From: Bacteroidales bacterium
Lineage (GTDB): Bacteria; Bacteroidota; Bacteroidia; Bacteroidales; DASQZP01
Length of the DNA stretch: 36,174 nt
Reading direction: 5' to 3'
NCBI GenBank assembly: GCA_035638655.1
Contig: DASQZP010000056.1
Location: forward strand, 1-36,174
Both the position numbers and the translations under genes were made by a program. Position 1 is the stretch's first letter. Every line of letters starts with the position of its first letter. The notes beneath the pieces are model-generated. The model was given only the letters and a program-made list of their open reading frames with translations. It ran no database searches and had not been told where the DNA came from. Positions 9,716 to 17,078 of the stretch are shown piece after piece.

Positions 9716-9919
9716 AAACGTAATTGGGTAAGGTACAATTCAGGAGACCTTGCACCAGATAATTAAGGACACGGACAACATTTCCGTGCCAGAGAGGGGC
9801 ACAAGTAGATTCTTGCGCCAGAGTCTGTGGGATATAACCACTGACTGGTTCATCCGATACCCATCGGATCATCTGCCTGGACCTTCTTGTGTAAACAGGC
9901 AAGTAGATACTTACGGTTT
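9716..9919. ncRNA. candidate structured non-coding RNA, unclassified, strand unresolved
   Basis: This is a GC-enriched island in an AT-rich spacer with no credible CDS. The closing helix is 9716-9723/9911-9919. Consecutive hairpins lie at 9728-9753, 9767-9790, 9798-9819, 9836-9850, 9852-9869 and 9874-9901. See the first finding for details. Confidence 0.3.
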
Positions 9920-9961
9920 AATTATTATTTGTGGTGTTTAACAGGATAAATTCTTTTATGG

Positions 9962-9995
9962 TCTGCTGCCGGAGTTTCAAATTTCCGACAGCAGA
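9962..9995. other. strong stem-loop without U-tract just after the cyd operon
   Basis: tctgctg-c-cgga (9962-9973) pairs with tccg-a-cagcaga (9984-9995), giving 7 + 4 bp around one internal mismatch and a 10-nt loop. No T-run follows on either strand, so it is not a canonical intrinsic terminator. Confidence 0.5.
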
Positions 9996-10018
9996 GCAAA
10001 GCGTTTAGTTAATTTGGA

Positions 10019-10147
10019 CTAAACCGGATTTTCTTCTTCTTTTTCGTATTTTGCCTGATATTTTTTAAATGCCAGCACGATAAGGAAATAACTTACTATA
10101 ATTACCACGGGCCACATCAATAACCAGATTATTTCAGAAATATACAT
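10019..10147 (-). CDS. 42-aa single-TM peptide, possible cytochrome bd small subunit (CydX-like)
   Basis: Hand translation gives MYISEIIWLLMWPVVIIVSYFLIVLAFKKYQAKYEKEEENPV then TAG. The ATG is 20 nt after the cydB stop on the same strand. The peptide has one hydrophobic helix with Trp residues near the N-terminus and a charged tail. It is below the ORF-track size cut-off. Confidence 0.5.
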   Translation of the reverse strand: MYISEIIWLLMWPVVIIVSYFLIVLAFKKYQAKYEKEEENPV

Positions 10148-10167
10148 AATGGAATTTTTTTTATTTG

Positions 10168-11322
10168 TTAATAAGCATGTGAATCACTTCCTACTTCACC
10201 CAGGTCAATTTTCTTATTGTTAATAGCTCTCCAGGCATAAATAATATATGCCAGTACAAAGGGTACCAGTAATGAAACATAGCTCATCACCGTGAGTGTA
10301 TAATGGCTGGAGGAACTATTCTCAATAGTCAGGCTGCTTTGCAGATCAGCCACTGAAGGATAAAAAGCAGTGTGGTTAAAACCGGCCACAATAAATAATG
10401 CAAAAACAGTCAGAACTGTACCTGGCCCGGTAAACCATATTCCTGAAGAAGTACGGCTCATGATGGATTTGATTATTCCAAACAATACCAGTAATACCCC
10501 GATTAGGAAGAATGCTGCGATTAGAGGCATGTCGAGAAAATTGTGCAGGTATTTGAATTTTTCCATAAAAACCACACCGGTACCGGGTTGATATGCAAAG
10601 CCTTCACTTACCAGTAACCTGGTCACAAAATAAAGGAAGACGATCAGGAACGGGAAGATATTGATCAACAGACTTTTTCTGGCTCTCTCCAAAATCTGAT
10701 CATTATCCACGTTGTTCATAAAATACAGTATACCAAGTATGCGTGAAAGGAAAAATACTGATAGTCCAAGAGCTACATTCTCCAGGTTTGCAACTGCTTC
10801 AAGTCCGTGAAGGGGTGATTGCCACTGTGATATTGTCAGGTTTGAAAGAGCTGCAATATTTCCCTGATTTACTGTGAATTGTGAGCCTGTAAAAAAGGTA
10901 CCGACGGCAGTTCCCAGCAATAGTGTTCCAAGGAATCCATTGATGAGCAGGAAAACTTCATACGTTTTGGGTCCAAAGACATTGTTGGGTTTAGACCTGT
11001 ATTCATAGGCGATAGCCTGAACAATGAATGAAAATAGTATGGCCATCCAAACCCAGTACGCGCCACCAAAACTTGTTGAATAAAAAAGTGGGAAGCTTGC
11101 AAAAAAGGCCCCTCCGAATGTTACCAGTGTGGTGAAGGTGAACTCCCATTTGCGACCAAGTGAATTTACGAGCAGTGACCTTTCTTCTTTGTTTTTTGCA
11201 AGTGAGTATATTAATGTTTCTCCTCCTTGAACGAAAAGGAGGAAGACGAGCAAACTGCCCAGCAGTGAAATGATAATCCACCAGTATTGTTGAAGTGCCA
11301 GATGTGAAAGTTGTTCGAACAT
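10168..11322 (-). CDS. cydB: cytochrome bd ubiquinol oxidase subunit II
   Basis: 384-aa polytopic membrane protein that starts 12 nt after the cydA stop. The N-terminus LQQYWWIIISLLG..FLLFVQGGE fits CydB. An AGGAGG Shine-Dalgarno overlaps the cydA stop. Confidence 0.92.
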   Translation of the reverse strand: MFEQLSHLALQQYWWIIISLLGSLLVFLLFVQGGETLIYSLAKNKEERSLLVNSLGRKWEFTFTTLVTFGGAFFASFPLFYSTSFGGAYWVWMAILFSFIVQAIAYEYRSKPNNVFGPKTYEVFLLINGFLGTLLLGTAVGTFFTGSQFTVNQGNIAALSNLTISQWQSPLHGLEAVANLENVALGLSVFFLSRILGILYFMNNVDNDQILERARKSLLINIFPFLIVFLYFVTRLLVSEGFAYQPGTGVVFMEKFKYLHNFLDMPLIAAFFLIGVLLVLFGIIKSIMSRTSSGIWFTGPGTVLTVFALFIVAGFNHTAFYPSVADLQSSLTIENSSSSHYTLTVMSYVSLLVPFVLAYIIYAWRAINNKKIDLGEVGSDSHAY

Positions 11323-11334
11323 AATTGATCCTCC

Positions 11335-12885
11335 TTATTTTGGTCCTGTTTTAACCTGTTTTATCATAATGCTTAATTCAGCAATGAGCAGTGCTGTAAA
11401 AACTGCAGCAAAAAGCCAAAAGGTTATTTGCACTGCAGATGTATCAATATGAGATACAGCCGCGAAGGTTGGCAAATAATCCTGTACAACCCATGGTTGG
11501 CGACCCATTTCGGCAACAATCCATCCGGCCTGTCCTGCCAGAAATGGAAGTGGGATAGTGAATATAGCCAGCCTGAGGAACCGTTTATGTTGCTCCAGAC
11601 TATTGGTGAGGGCATATCGAAGTGCCAGCATGCAAATCAACACAAAATAAAAACCAAGAATTACCATGAGATGGAAACTGTAAAAGGAGATTGGCACACT
11701 CGGGATCAGGCTTTCAGGATTATTTATGAACCCATATCCAAAGTATTTGAAATAGTTTTCCAGAAAAGCGGGATTGTCAAATTTTGCTTTCAATTCATTA
11801 TATTTAACAGAATCTCCGGCATCTTTAGCATCCTTATATGCTTTTAGTGTAGAACGGGCAACTCGTCCCCGTTCAATTTTTTCCTGTGCCGACATTATGT
11901 TGTGTTCACTGTTCCCTTTGATCATATCATTAATGCCGGGAACAAATGCATTAGGATTGAGGAAAGCCATAAATGATAACAGATTGGGAACTTCAATTTT
12001 CATTTTGAGGTCTTTCTGATAGTTATTGACTGTATCAGATTGGTTTCCAACAAATCCAACAGCTACCAGCGGGGCACCACTCATGCCATCATATAAACCT
12101 TCTAATGCAGCAAATTTCATAGGTTGTCTTGCTGCCATGGCTCTGGCCGATCCATCACCAGTCAGAATAGTAAACAATGAAGCAACAAGTCCGAAAACCG
12201 CACCCACGATGATACTTCGGCGGGCAAACAACAGCTCTCTTTTCTTAAGAATAAACCAGGCGCTGATTCCTATCACAAACAAAGAAGCCAGAATAAAGCC
12301 TGATGATATGGTATGCAGAAACTTATTTACAGCTACCGGAGAAAACAGTACATCCCAGAAATTTATCATTTCGTTGCGTGCCGTATCCGGATTAAAATGC
12401 ATACCAGCCGGATACTGCATCCAGGCATTGGCTACCAGTATCCATAAAGCTGAGAGATTAGCGCCGATTGCCACCAGCCAGGTAGATACTAAATGAAATT
12501 TCTTGCTCACCTTTTCCCAGCCAAAAAACATTACAGCAACAAAAGTCGATTCCAGAAAAAAGGCCATAATACCTTCTATGGCAAGCGGTGCGCCAAAAAT
12601 GTCACCCACAAACCAACTGTAGTTCGACCAGTTGGTGCCAAATTCAAATTCAAGGATAATGCCGGTAGCTACTCCTATAGCAAAGTTTATCCCAAAAAGT
12701 GTCATCCAGAACCTGGTGATTTTTTTCCATTTCTCATCACCGGTTCTGACATACATTGTTTCCATAAAGGCCAGAATAAATGAAAGCCCCAGGGTAAGTG
12801 GTACAAACAACCAATGGTACATGGCTGTAAGGGCAAACTGCCCCCTCGACCAGTTAACTAACGAAAGGTCAATGTTTTCAATCAT
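11335..12885 (-). CDS. cydA: cytochrome bd ubiquinol oxidase subunit I
   Basis: 516 aa. It shows the conserved N-terminus LSRGQFALTAMYHWLFVPLTLG, a Q-loop region and the C-terminal GWIVAEMGRQPWVV motif characteristic of CydA. Confidence 0.95.
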   Translation of the reverse strand: MIENIDLSLVNWSRGQFALTAMYHWLFVPLTLGLSFILAFMETMYVRTGDEKWKKITRFWMTLFGINFAIGVATGIILEFEFGTNWSNYSWFVGDIFGAPLAIEGIMAFFLESTFVAVMFFGWEKVSKKFHLVSTWLVAIGANLSALWILVANAWMQYPAGMHFNPDTARNEMINFWDVLFSPVAVNKFLHTISSGFILASLFVIGISAWFILKKRELLFARRSIIVGAVFGLVASLFTILTGDGSARAMAARQPMKFAALEGLYDGMSGAPLVAVGFVGNQSDTVNNYQKDLKMKIEVPNLLSFMAFLNPNAFVPGINDMIKGNSEHNIMSAQEKIERGRVARSTLKAYKDAKDAGDSVKYNELKAKFDNPAFLENYFKYFGYGFINNPESLIPSVPISFYSFHLMVILGFYFVLICMLALRYALTNSLEQHKRFLRLAIFTIPLPFLAGQAGWIVAEMGRQPWVVQDYLPTFAAVSHIDTSAVQITFWLFAAVFTALLIAELSIMIKQVKTGPK

Positions 12886-12889
12886 AAGC

Positions 12890-13099
12890 TTATCGGGTTA
12901 ATTGTTCAATTACGTAATTACTTCTTTCTTTATCAGTATTAAATTTTGTCTCCAGAAAATCGGGGAAAAAGAATAATTTGAGAATAGCAAACATAATGAA
13001 CAGTTTAATCAGTATGATCACCCAAAGCCTCTTTCCTACGGTCATGTTTCTGAATCCATCCAGATAGAAAAGCCATATTCGTTTTATAATATTCATCAT
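12890..13099 (-). CDS. DUF4492-type small membrane protein, first gene of the cyd operon
   Basis: The ORF track extends to 13132, but that start is TTG (complement of 13130-13132). ATG codons lie at 13097-13099 and 13094-13096 and give MMNIIKRIWLFYLDGFRNMTVGKRLWVIILIKLFIMFAILKLFFFP. This is the usual N-terminus and size of DUF4492 proteins found upstream of cydA in Bacteroidota. The gene ends 4 nt before the cydA start. Confidence 0.78.
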   Translation of the reverse strand: MMNIIKRIWLFYLDGFRNMTVGKRLWVIILIKLFIMFAILKLFFFPDFLETKFNTDKERSNYVIEQLTR

Positions 13100-13129
13100 C
13101 AGAAAACGGTGGGTTAATATTTGCTTTCT

Positions 13130-13137
13130 CAAATATA
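13130..13137 (-). promoter_or_regulatory. candidate Bacteroidota -7 promoter box (TAnnTTTG) for the cyd operon
   Basis: Plus-strand caaatata reads TATATTTG on the minus strand, about 31 nt upstream of the ATG at 13099. It overlaps the TTG start proposed by the ORF track, which argues for the shorter ORF. Confidence 0.4.
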
Positions 13138-13396
13138 AAAAATAAAATTCTAATCCCCGGAACAGAATAATTACAAGTTCCTAAACAAGGTAGAGTGTAG
13201 CAATAATTACTTTCAGAAAATGTGAAGGTTACACAATAAAAGATTTTAGGATAAAATCAATAAATAATCTTATAATTTTATTTTCCATGCTGTCATTTTT
13301 TTTTAAGTATCAGGAAAGAATTTTATTGATCATATGTATTATTTTGATCATCAGTTGTATAATCTTGCAAAAAATTCTCTGGCATAAAATGCAATA

Positions 13397-13410
13397 GTTC
13401 ATTAATGAAC
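13397..13410. repeat. perfect 14-bp palindrome in the divergent cyd / sco1 control region
   Basis: gttcattaatgaac equals its own reverse complement. Confidence 0.6.
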
Positions 13411-13541
13411 TTTTTGATAGACTACTGGGTTTTACATGACACAATAAAAACTAAAACCGGATCCATTTATCTGATATTCGAATGGCTTTATTGAAGTTAA
13501 AACCCACTCCATGATAACAAATACTAAAAACGGAGATCACT

Positions 13542-14345
13542 ATGAAATTAAATCTAATACTATTTGGTTTTCTGTTGTTGCTTGAGAATGCAGGCAACAA
13601 TGAATTATCAGCCCAAATCACTGCAGCTGTTCAGGAACCTGTGGTCGGTATAGCAGAACATGTTGGTAGAAAATTACCTGCCGATATATATATTACGGAT
13701 GAAAAAGGCGAACTGGTAAATCTCAATAAGATGATAGATAAGCCAACAGTAATCACTTTCGTTTATTATCGATGCCCCGGACTATGTAGTCCTTTGCTTG
13801 ATGGTCTGGCAGATGCAATCGACCGGACAGCACTTGAAATTGGCACGGACTATCAGGTTTTTACCATAAGTTTTGATCCGTCTGAAGGAACAGCTCTTGC
13901 CAGACAGAAGAAAGCCAGCTATCTTGGCAGTATGTCAAATAAAAAGGCCGGAGCAGGCTGGCATTTTTTCACTGCCGACAGCTTAAATGTTGCCCGCATC
14001 ACCAGTGCAACAGGATTTAAGTATAAAAGGACAGGTAAAGACTTTTTACATGCTGCGACCTTAATTATGGTAAATCCAAATGCAAAGATTAGCCGTTACC
14101 TTAATGGGACGCATTATAAGACGGCAGATTTTAAACTGGCTATTCTTGATGTAACACCACTCAATACTTCTAATCTATCAGATCAGGTGGAAGCATATTT
14201 TTTCAAATTTGATCCGGTATTAAAACAGTATCAACTCAAATCAGGTAAAATTGCCGGACTCGCCATAGTTATTCTCTCAATTGGGTTTTTCCTGTTTTTA
14301 ATGCTAAAACCAGCAGCGAAAAAAAACCTGCATGCTGATAAATAG
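13542..14345 (+). CDS. SCO1/SenC-family copper chaperone / thiol-disulfide protein
   Basis: 267 aa with a signal peptide and a thioredoxin-fold CxxxC motif (YYRCPGLCSP). A downstream conserved His (FLHAATLIM) and a C-terminal TM helix are present. Confidence 0.82.
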   Translation: MKLNLILFGFLLLLENAGNNELSAQITAAVQEPVVGIAEHVGRKLPADIYITDEKGELVNLNKMIDKPTVITFVYYRCPGLCSPLLDGLADAIDRTALEIGTDYQVFTISFDPSEGTALARQKKASYLGSMSNKKAGAGWHFFTADSLNVARITSATGFKYKRTGKDFLHAATLIMVNPNAKISRYLNGTHYKTADFKLAILDVTPLNTSNLSDQVEAYFFKFDPVLKQYQLKSGKIAGLAIVILSIGFFLFLMLKPAAKKNLHADK

Positions 14346-14500
14346 AAGGTAATTTATTAAATTGTCAGCAAAAAAATACGGGATGTTACTGCCAAATTGA
14401 TGATTAGAAAATTGCAACTTCGAATTTCATTATGTTGTTCATTATCAAAATATGCCCGCGAGCTAAAAGAATTATTAATTTATAAAATAAACAATACAAA

Positions 14501-15367
14501 TTGACAGATACTTTTTTCAAAGATGTAGTTGAACTAGGTAAGATCCGGATTTCTTTTTTTGTAGCCCTCTCTGCCTTAACTGGTTATTATTTATACACAG
14601 GGCATGTAGACTTATTATCTGCGGTAATATATGCCGGGGTATTTATTCTTTCCTCCGGTTCTTCTGCTTTAAACCAGTATCAGGAACATGAGGCAGATGC
14701 TTTAATGAATCGAACACGCAACAGGCCCGTCCCTGCTGGTAGAATGTCTGATAAAACTGCCCTGTTAGTTTCATTATTTCTGATTATAGCAGGATCTTTG
14801 ATACTATTGCTTGGTGGTAATGTAATTGCTGTTGTAATGGGGTTGCTGGCAGTACTATGGTATAATGGTATTTATACACCCCTGAAACATAGAACTCCTT
14901 TTGCTGTTGTACCCGGCTCAGTTGTTGGAGCTCTGCCACCACTGATAGGCTGGACTGCAGCCGGAGGGTATGCTTTTGATCCCGGGATACTGGCCGTTGC
15001 ATTCTTTTTTTTCATTGCTCAAATTCCTCATTTCTGGCTAATTCTGCTCATGCTTGGGGATGATTACCGAAAATCGGGAATGCCTGTGCTTACCGATGTT
15101 TTTTCAGTTCGGCAGGTTAGGCGGATAACTTTTATCTGGTTATCTGCTACCGCCCTGACAGGCATGGGTCTTAGCCTTTATGGGCTTATCAGCTATCCTT
15201 TTCTTAGATTTCTGCTGCAACTTTTTTCTATATTGCTGCTTATATCCAGTTCTAATCTGCTTTTTCCTCCAGGTAAAAGGAAACATAAACGGTCTGCTGA
15301 GTTTCTAAAATTAAACAGTTATGTCTTGTTGATTATGATCATTCTGGTAACTGACAGCCTCCTCTGA
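14501..15367 (+). CDS. ctaB: protoheme IX farnesyltransferase (heme O synthase)
   Basis: 288-aa UbiA-family polytopic protein. The motif NQYQEHEADALMNRTRNRPVPAGR matches the CyoE/CtaB N-x3-[DE]-x3-D..M.RT..RP signature. The start is TTG; there is no in-frame ATG between the upstream stop at 14483-14485 and this motif. Confidence 0.85.
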   Translation: MTDTFFKDVVELGKIRISFFVALSALTGYYLYTGHVDLLSAVIYAGVFILSSGSSALNQYQEHEADALMNRTRNRPVPAGRMSDKTALLVSLFLIIAGSLILLLGGNVIAVVMGLLAVLWYNGIYTPLKHRTPFAVVPGSVVGALPPLIGWTAAGGYAFDPGILAVAFFFFIAQIPHFWLILLMLGDDYRKSGMPVLTDVFSVRQVRRITFIWLSATALTGMGLSLYGLISYPFLRFLLQLFSILLLISSSNLLFPPGKRKHKRSAEFLKLNSYVLLIMIILVTDSLL

Positions 15368-15442
15368 AAGTAAAAATTGTTATATTTACGTTTCATTCTT
15401 AGTTCTCCGCAGGGGGAGTTATTCTGAAGATTTGAACTGGTG

Positions 15443-15477
15443 CTGCCTCTTAGGATGTGAGGCAGTTTCATTTTTTT
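15443..15477 (+). terminator. rho-independent terminator after ctaB
   Basis: Stem ctgcctc (15443-15449) / gaggcag (15459-15465) is followed by tttcattttttt. Confidence 0.7.
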
Positions 15478-15499
15478 AATTCTGATAATCCATCTCATC

Positions 15500-15847
15500 A
15501 TGAAAAAATTCTTATTTATATTTCTGTTAACAGCATTTTTGAGTGCATGCAATAATAATCCGGGTAGTACAGAAAAAAAACAATCGACAAAAGAGGCAGT
15601 AGAGAAAGTGCCTGATGAAAATTTACTAAGCATCAGGTTTGATGTGACAGGAATGAAAGATAGCAGTAGTGATCAAACAATCAATAAAAGTGTAAATGAA
15701 TTACCCGGAATTGTTGAGGTAAAAGCTTCATATCAGGATTCAACGGCAGTAGTAAAATTCGATAAAAGTAAAACCTCAATTTCGGATATTACAACTGCAA
15801 TTGAACAGAAAGGATATCATGTTGATGGTTATCAGCTTGATATGTAG
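15500..15847 (+). CDS. lipoprotein with degenerate heavy-metal-associated (HMA) fold lacking the CxxC site
   Basis: 115 aa with the lipobox LSAC. The C-terminal roughly 65 aa align by eye to the HMA pattern (V.GM..... / G(I/V).(V/E)V / A.V.FD........I..AI...GY). However, GMTCxxC is replaced by GMKDSSSD. Confidence 0.6.
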   Translation: MKKFLFIFLLTAFLSACNNNPGSTEKKQSTKEAVEKVPDENLLSIRFDVTGMKDSSSDQTINKSVNELPGIVEVKASYQDSTAVVKFDKSKTSISDITTAIEQKGYHVDGYQLDM

Positions 15848-15856
15848 TTTATAGTC

Positions 15857-16885
15857 TTAATTATACAGATTATTTAGCTTTTTCTGGTACATTTTACGGT
15901 TTTCTTTGTTGATACCTTCTACAAAAGAATCGATAAGTTTTCTTCGTTCTTCAAGATTTTCTGTTGGCACATTTTCTTCATCGGAAAATACAACGCGGTC
16001 AATCCTGTATCCCATTTCATCCAGGCTCATGGCTACAGCGGCATGCAACTCGTCAAAAATAATGATTGAAGGTAATTTGTATACTGAAAATTCCATGGCT
16101 GATTTCAGTACCATTGTTTTAGTATAACTTATCTGGGCACTTCCGAGGTATCTTGCACCCAATAATAATTTTACAAGATTAATCTTTGCAATTTCAGATG
16201 ATTTACCGCCCTTCTTCATGGCTTTTAAATCATGCCGGCTTGTATTCAGAAATAGATTTACAAATGGCTCAGGTACTCCCTGCAAATCAGCTAAATCGTT
16301 TTCTTTTTTTCTTTTTGCATATTCTTTCTGTGCCAGTTTCTGGTCCAGCGGGATGTAATATTTCCACCTGCGGGTTCTCCGGTAACTTTCCGTAATGGGA
16401 TTCGGTTTCCAGTTAGACTCAGGACGTTTCATGAGCGGACCACTAAGATTTAATCTTCCTGATTCCAGGGAATAGACGAGACAATTGATAAAATGTCCCC
16501 ATCCGCCTCCCAGTGAGGCATGCAGTGTACCCCAGAGTGTTTCATTTCTGGGGGTGGATAACAACCTGTTTGTAGTATCTGTATTCTTTTCGGCCTCCTT
16601 CAGGCGGGCAATAAAATCGTTGCTCAGACTTACAGGATAATAAGTATACGCATCCTTTTTCTCTTCGGATGTTGTAGTTGCCCCATGATACAGGTTTTTC
16701 ACATTGAGTACGAAGCCTGAATCATTGGATAATTCCAGATATATTTTATAATCATTACCCCATTTCATTTCCCGGATGTAGGATCGGGCTGCTCCCGGTT
16801 GCGCAAAAATGTTCAGAAAATTACCCATCAACAGGATTAAAATAATCTGAATGGTTTTATGTGTTTTATTTCTTGGGATCATCAT
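15857..16885 (-). CDS. hypothetical secreted protein (no family recognised)
   Basis: The ORF track extends to 16912, but that start is TTG. ATG codons at 16883-16885 and 16880-16882 give MMIPRNKTHKTIQIILILLMGNFLNIFAQ, a plausible signal peptide. The reading frame stays long and open in AT-rich DNA. I could not recognise any motif. Confidence 0.6.
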   Translation of the reverse strand: MMIPRNKTHKTIQIILILLMGNFLNIFAQPGAARSYIREMKWGNDYKIYLELSNDSGFVLNVKNLYHGATTTSEEKKDAYTYYPVSLSNDFIARLKEAEKNTDTTNRLLSTPRNETLWGTLHASLGGGWGHFINCLVYSLESGRLNLSGPLMKRPESNWKPNPITESYRRTRRWKYYIPLDQKLAQKEYAKRKKENDLADLQGVPEPFVNLFLNTSRHDLKAMKKGGKSSEIAKINLVKLLLGARYLGSAQISYTKTMVLKSAMEFSVYKLPSIIIFDELHAAVAMSLDEMGYRIDRVVFSDEENVPTENLEERRKLIDSFVEGINKENRKMYQKKLNNLYN

Positions 16886-17078
16886 GCTGAGTTGATTTAG
16901 ATATATGCTCAAAAATACGCAATTTCATTGCTAAGGTTTGCATTACAATCAAAAAGTAACCAACTGTTATATTAGACAGTTGAATTATTCCTTGCCTTAT
17001 TACCCGGTTATTATAGGTTTGGGTTGCATCATTTACTGAGTAAAAGGTTTTGCAATATGACTGGTAGTGTGTGATTGT

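Noticed and set aside
9740-9750. B12-box-like word TCAGGAGACCT, plus CCACTG at 9838-9843, suggesting a cobalamin riboswitch
   Set aside because: The order of the elements is wrong for a cobalamin riboswitch (the B12 box should follow GCCACTG). The AGGGAA and GGTG-AAA-TCC core is absent. No cobalamin-related gene lies downstream on either strand.
9880-9895. gaaggtccaggc (minus strand) resembling the RNase P CR-I sequence GAAAGUCCGGGC
   Set aside because: None of the other conserved RNase P regions (GGGUGAAA, GUAAGAGCGCACC, ACAGAACCCGGCUUA) are present, and the structured segment is too short for a type-A RNase P RNA.
9869-9898. Resemblance to 4.5S/SRP RNA: on the minus strand CTGTTTAC ... GGTCC ... 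AGGCAGATGA occur in the same order as in E. coli 4.5S RNA
   Set aside because: The universally conserved GGAA tetraloop and the flanking GGAAGCAGC symmetric-loop segment are missing between these words, so a functional SRP RNA domain IV cannot form. I treat the match as coincidence.
9651-9941. Track ORFs 9651..9902 (minus, 83 aa) and 9750..9941 (plus, 63 aa) as protein-coding genes
   Set aside because: They overlap each other on opposite strands inside the hairpin-dense GC-rich island. Their compositions are rich in Trp, Cys and Arg and unlike the neighbouring genes, and they have no recognisable motif. Open frames on both strands are expected by chance where stop-codon-rich AT content drops.
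14400-14504. 34-aa ORF (MIRKLQLRISLCCSLSKYARELKELLIYKINNTN) between sco1 and ctaB
   Set aside because: It has no hydrophobic or otherwise recognisable character and overlaps the ctaB start. It is most likely chance in an AT-rich spacer.
15857-16912. Idea that the 342/351-aa secreted protein is the T9SS/gliding protein GldN (similar length)
   Set aside because: The conserved GldN stretches I recall are not visible, and there is no gldK/L/M context. Length alone is not evidence.
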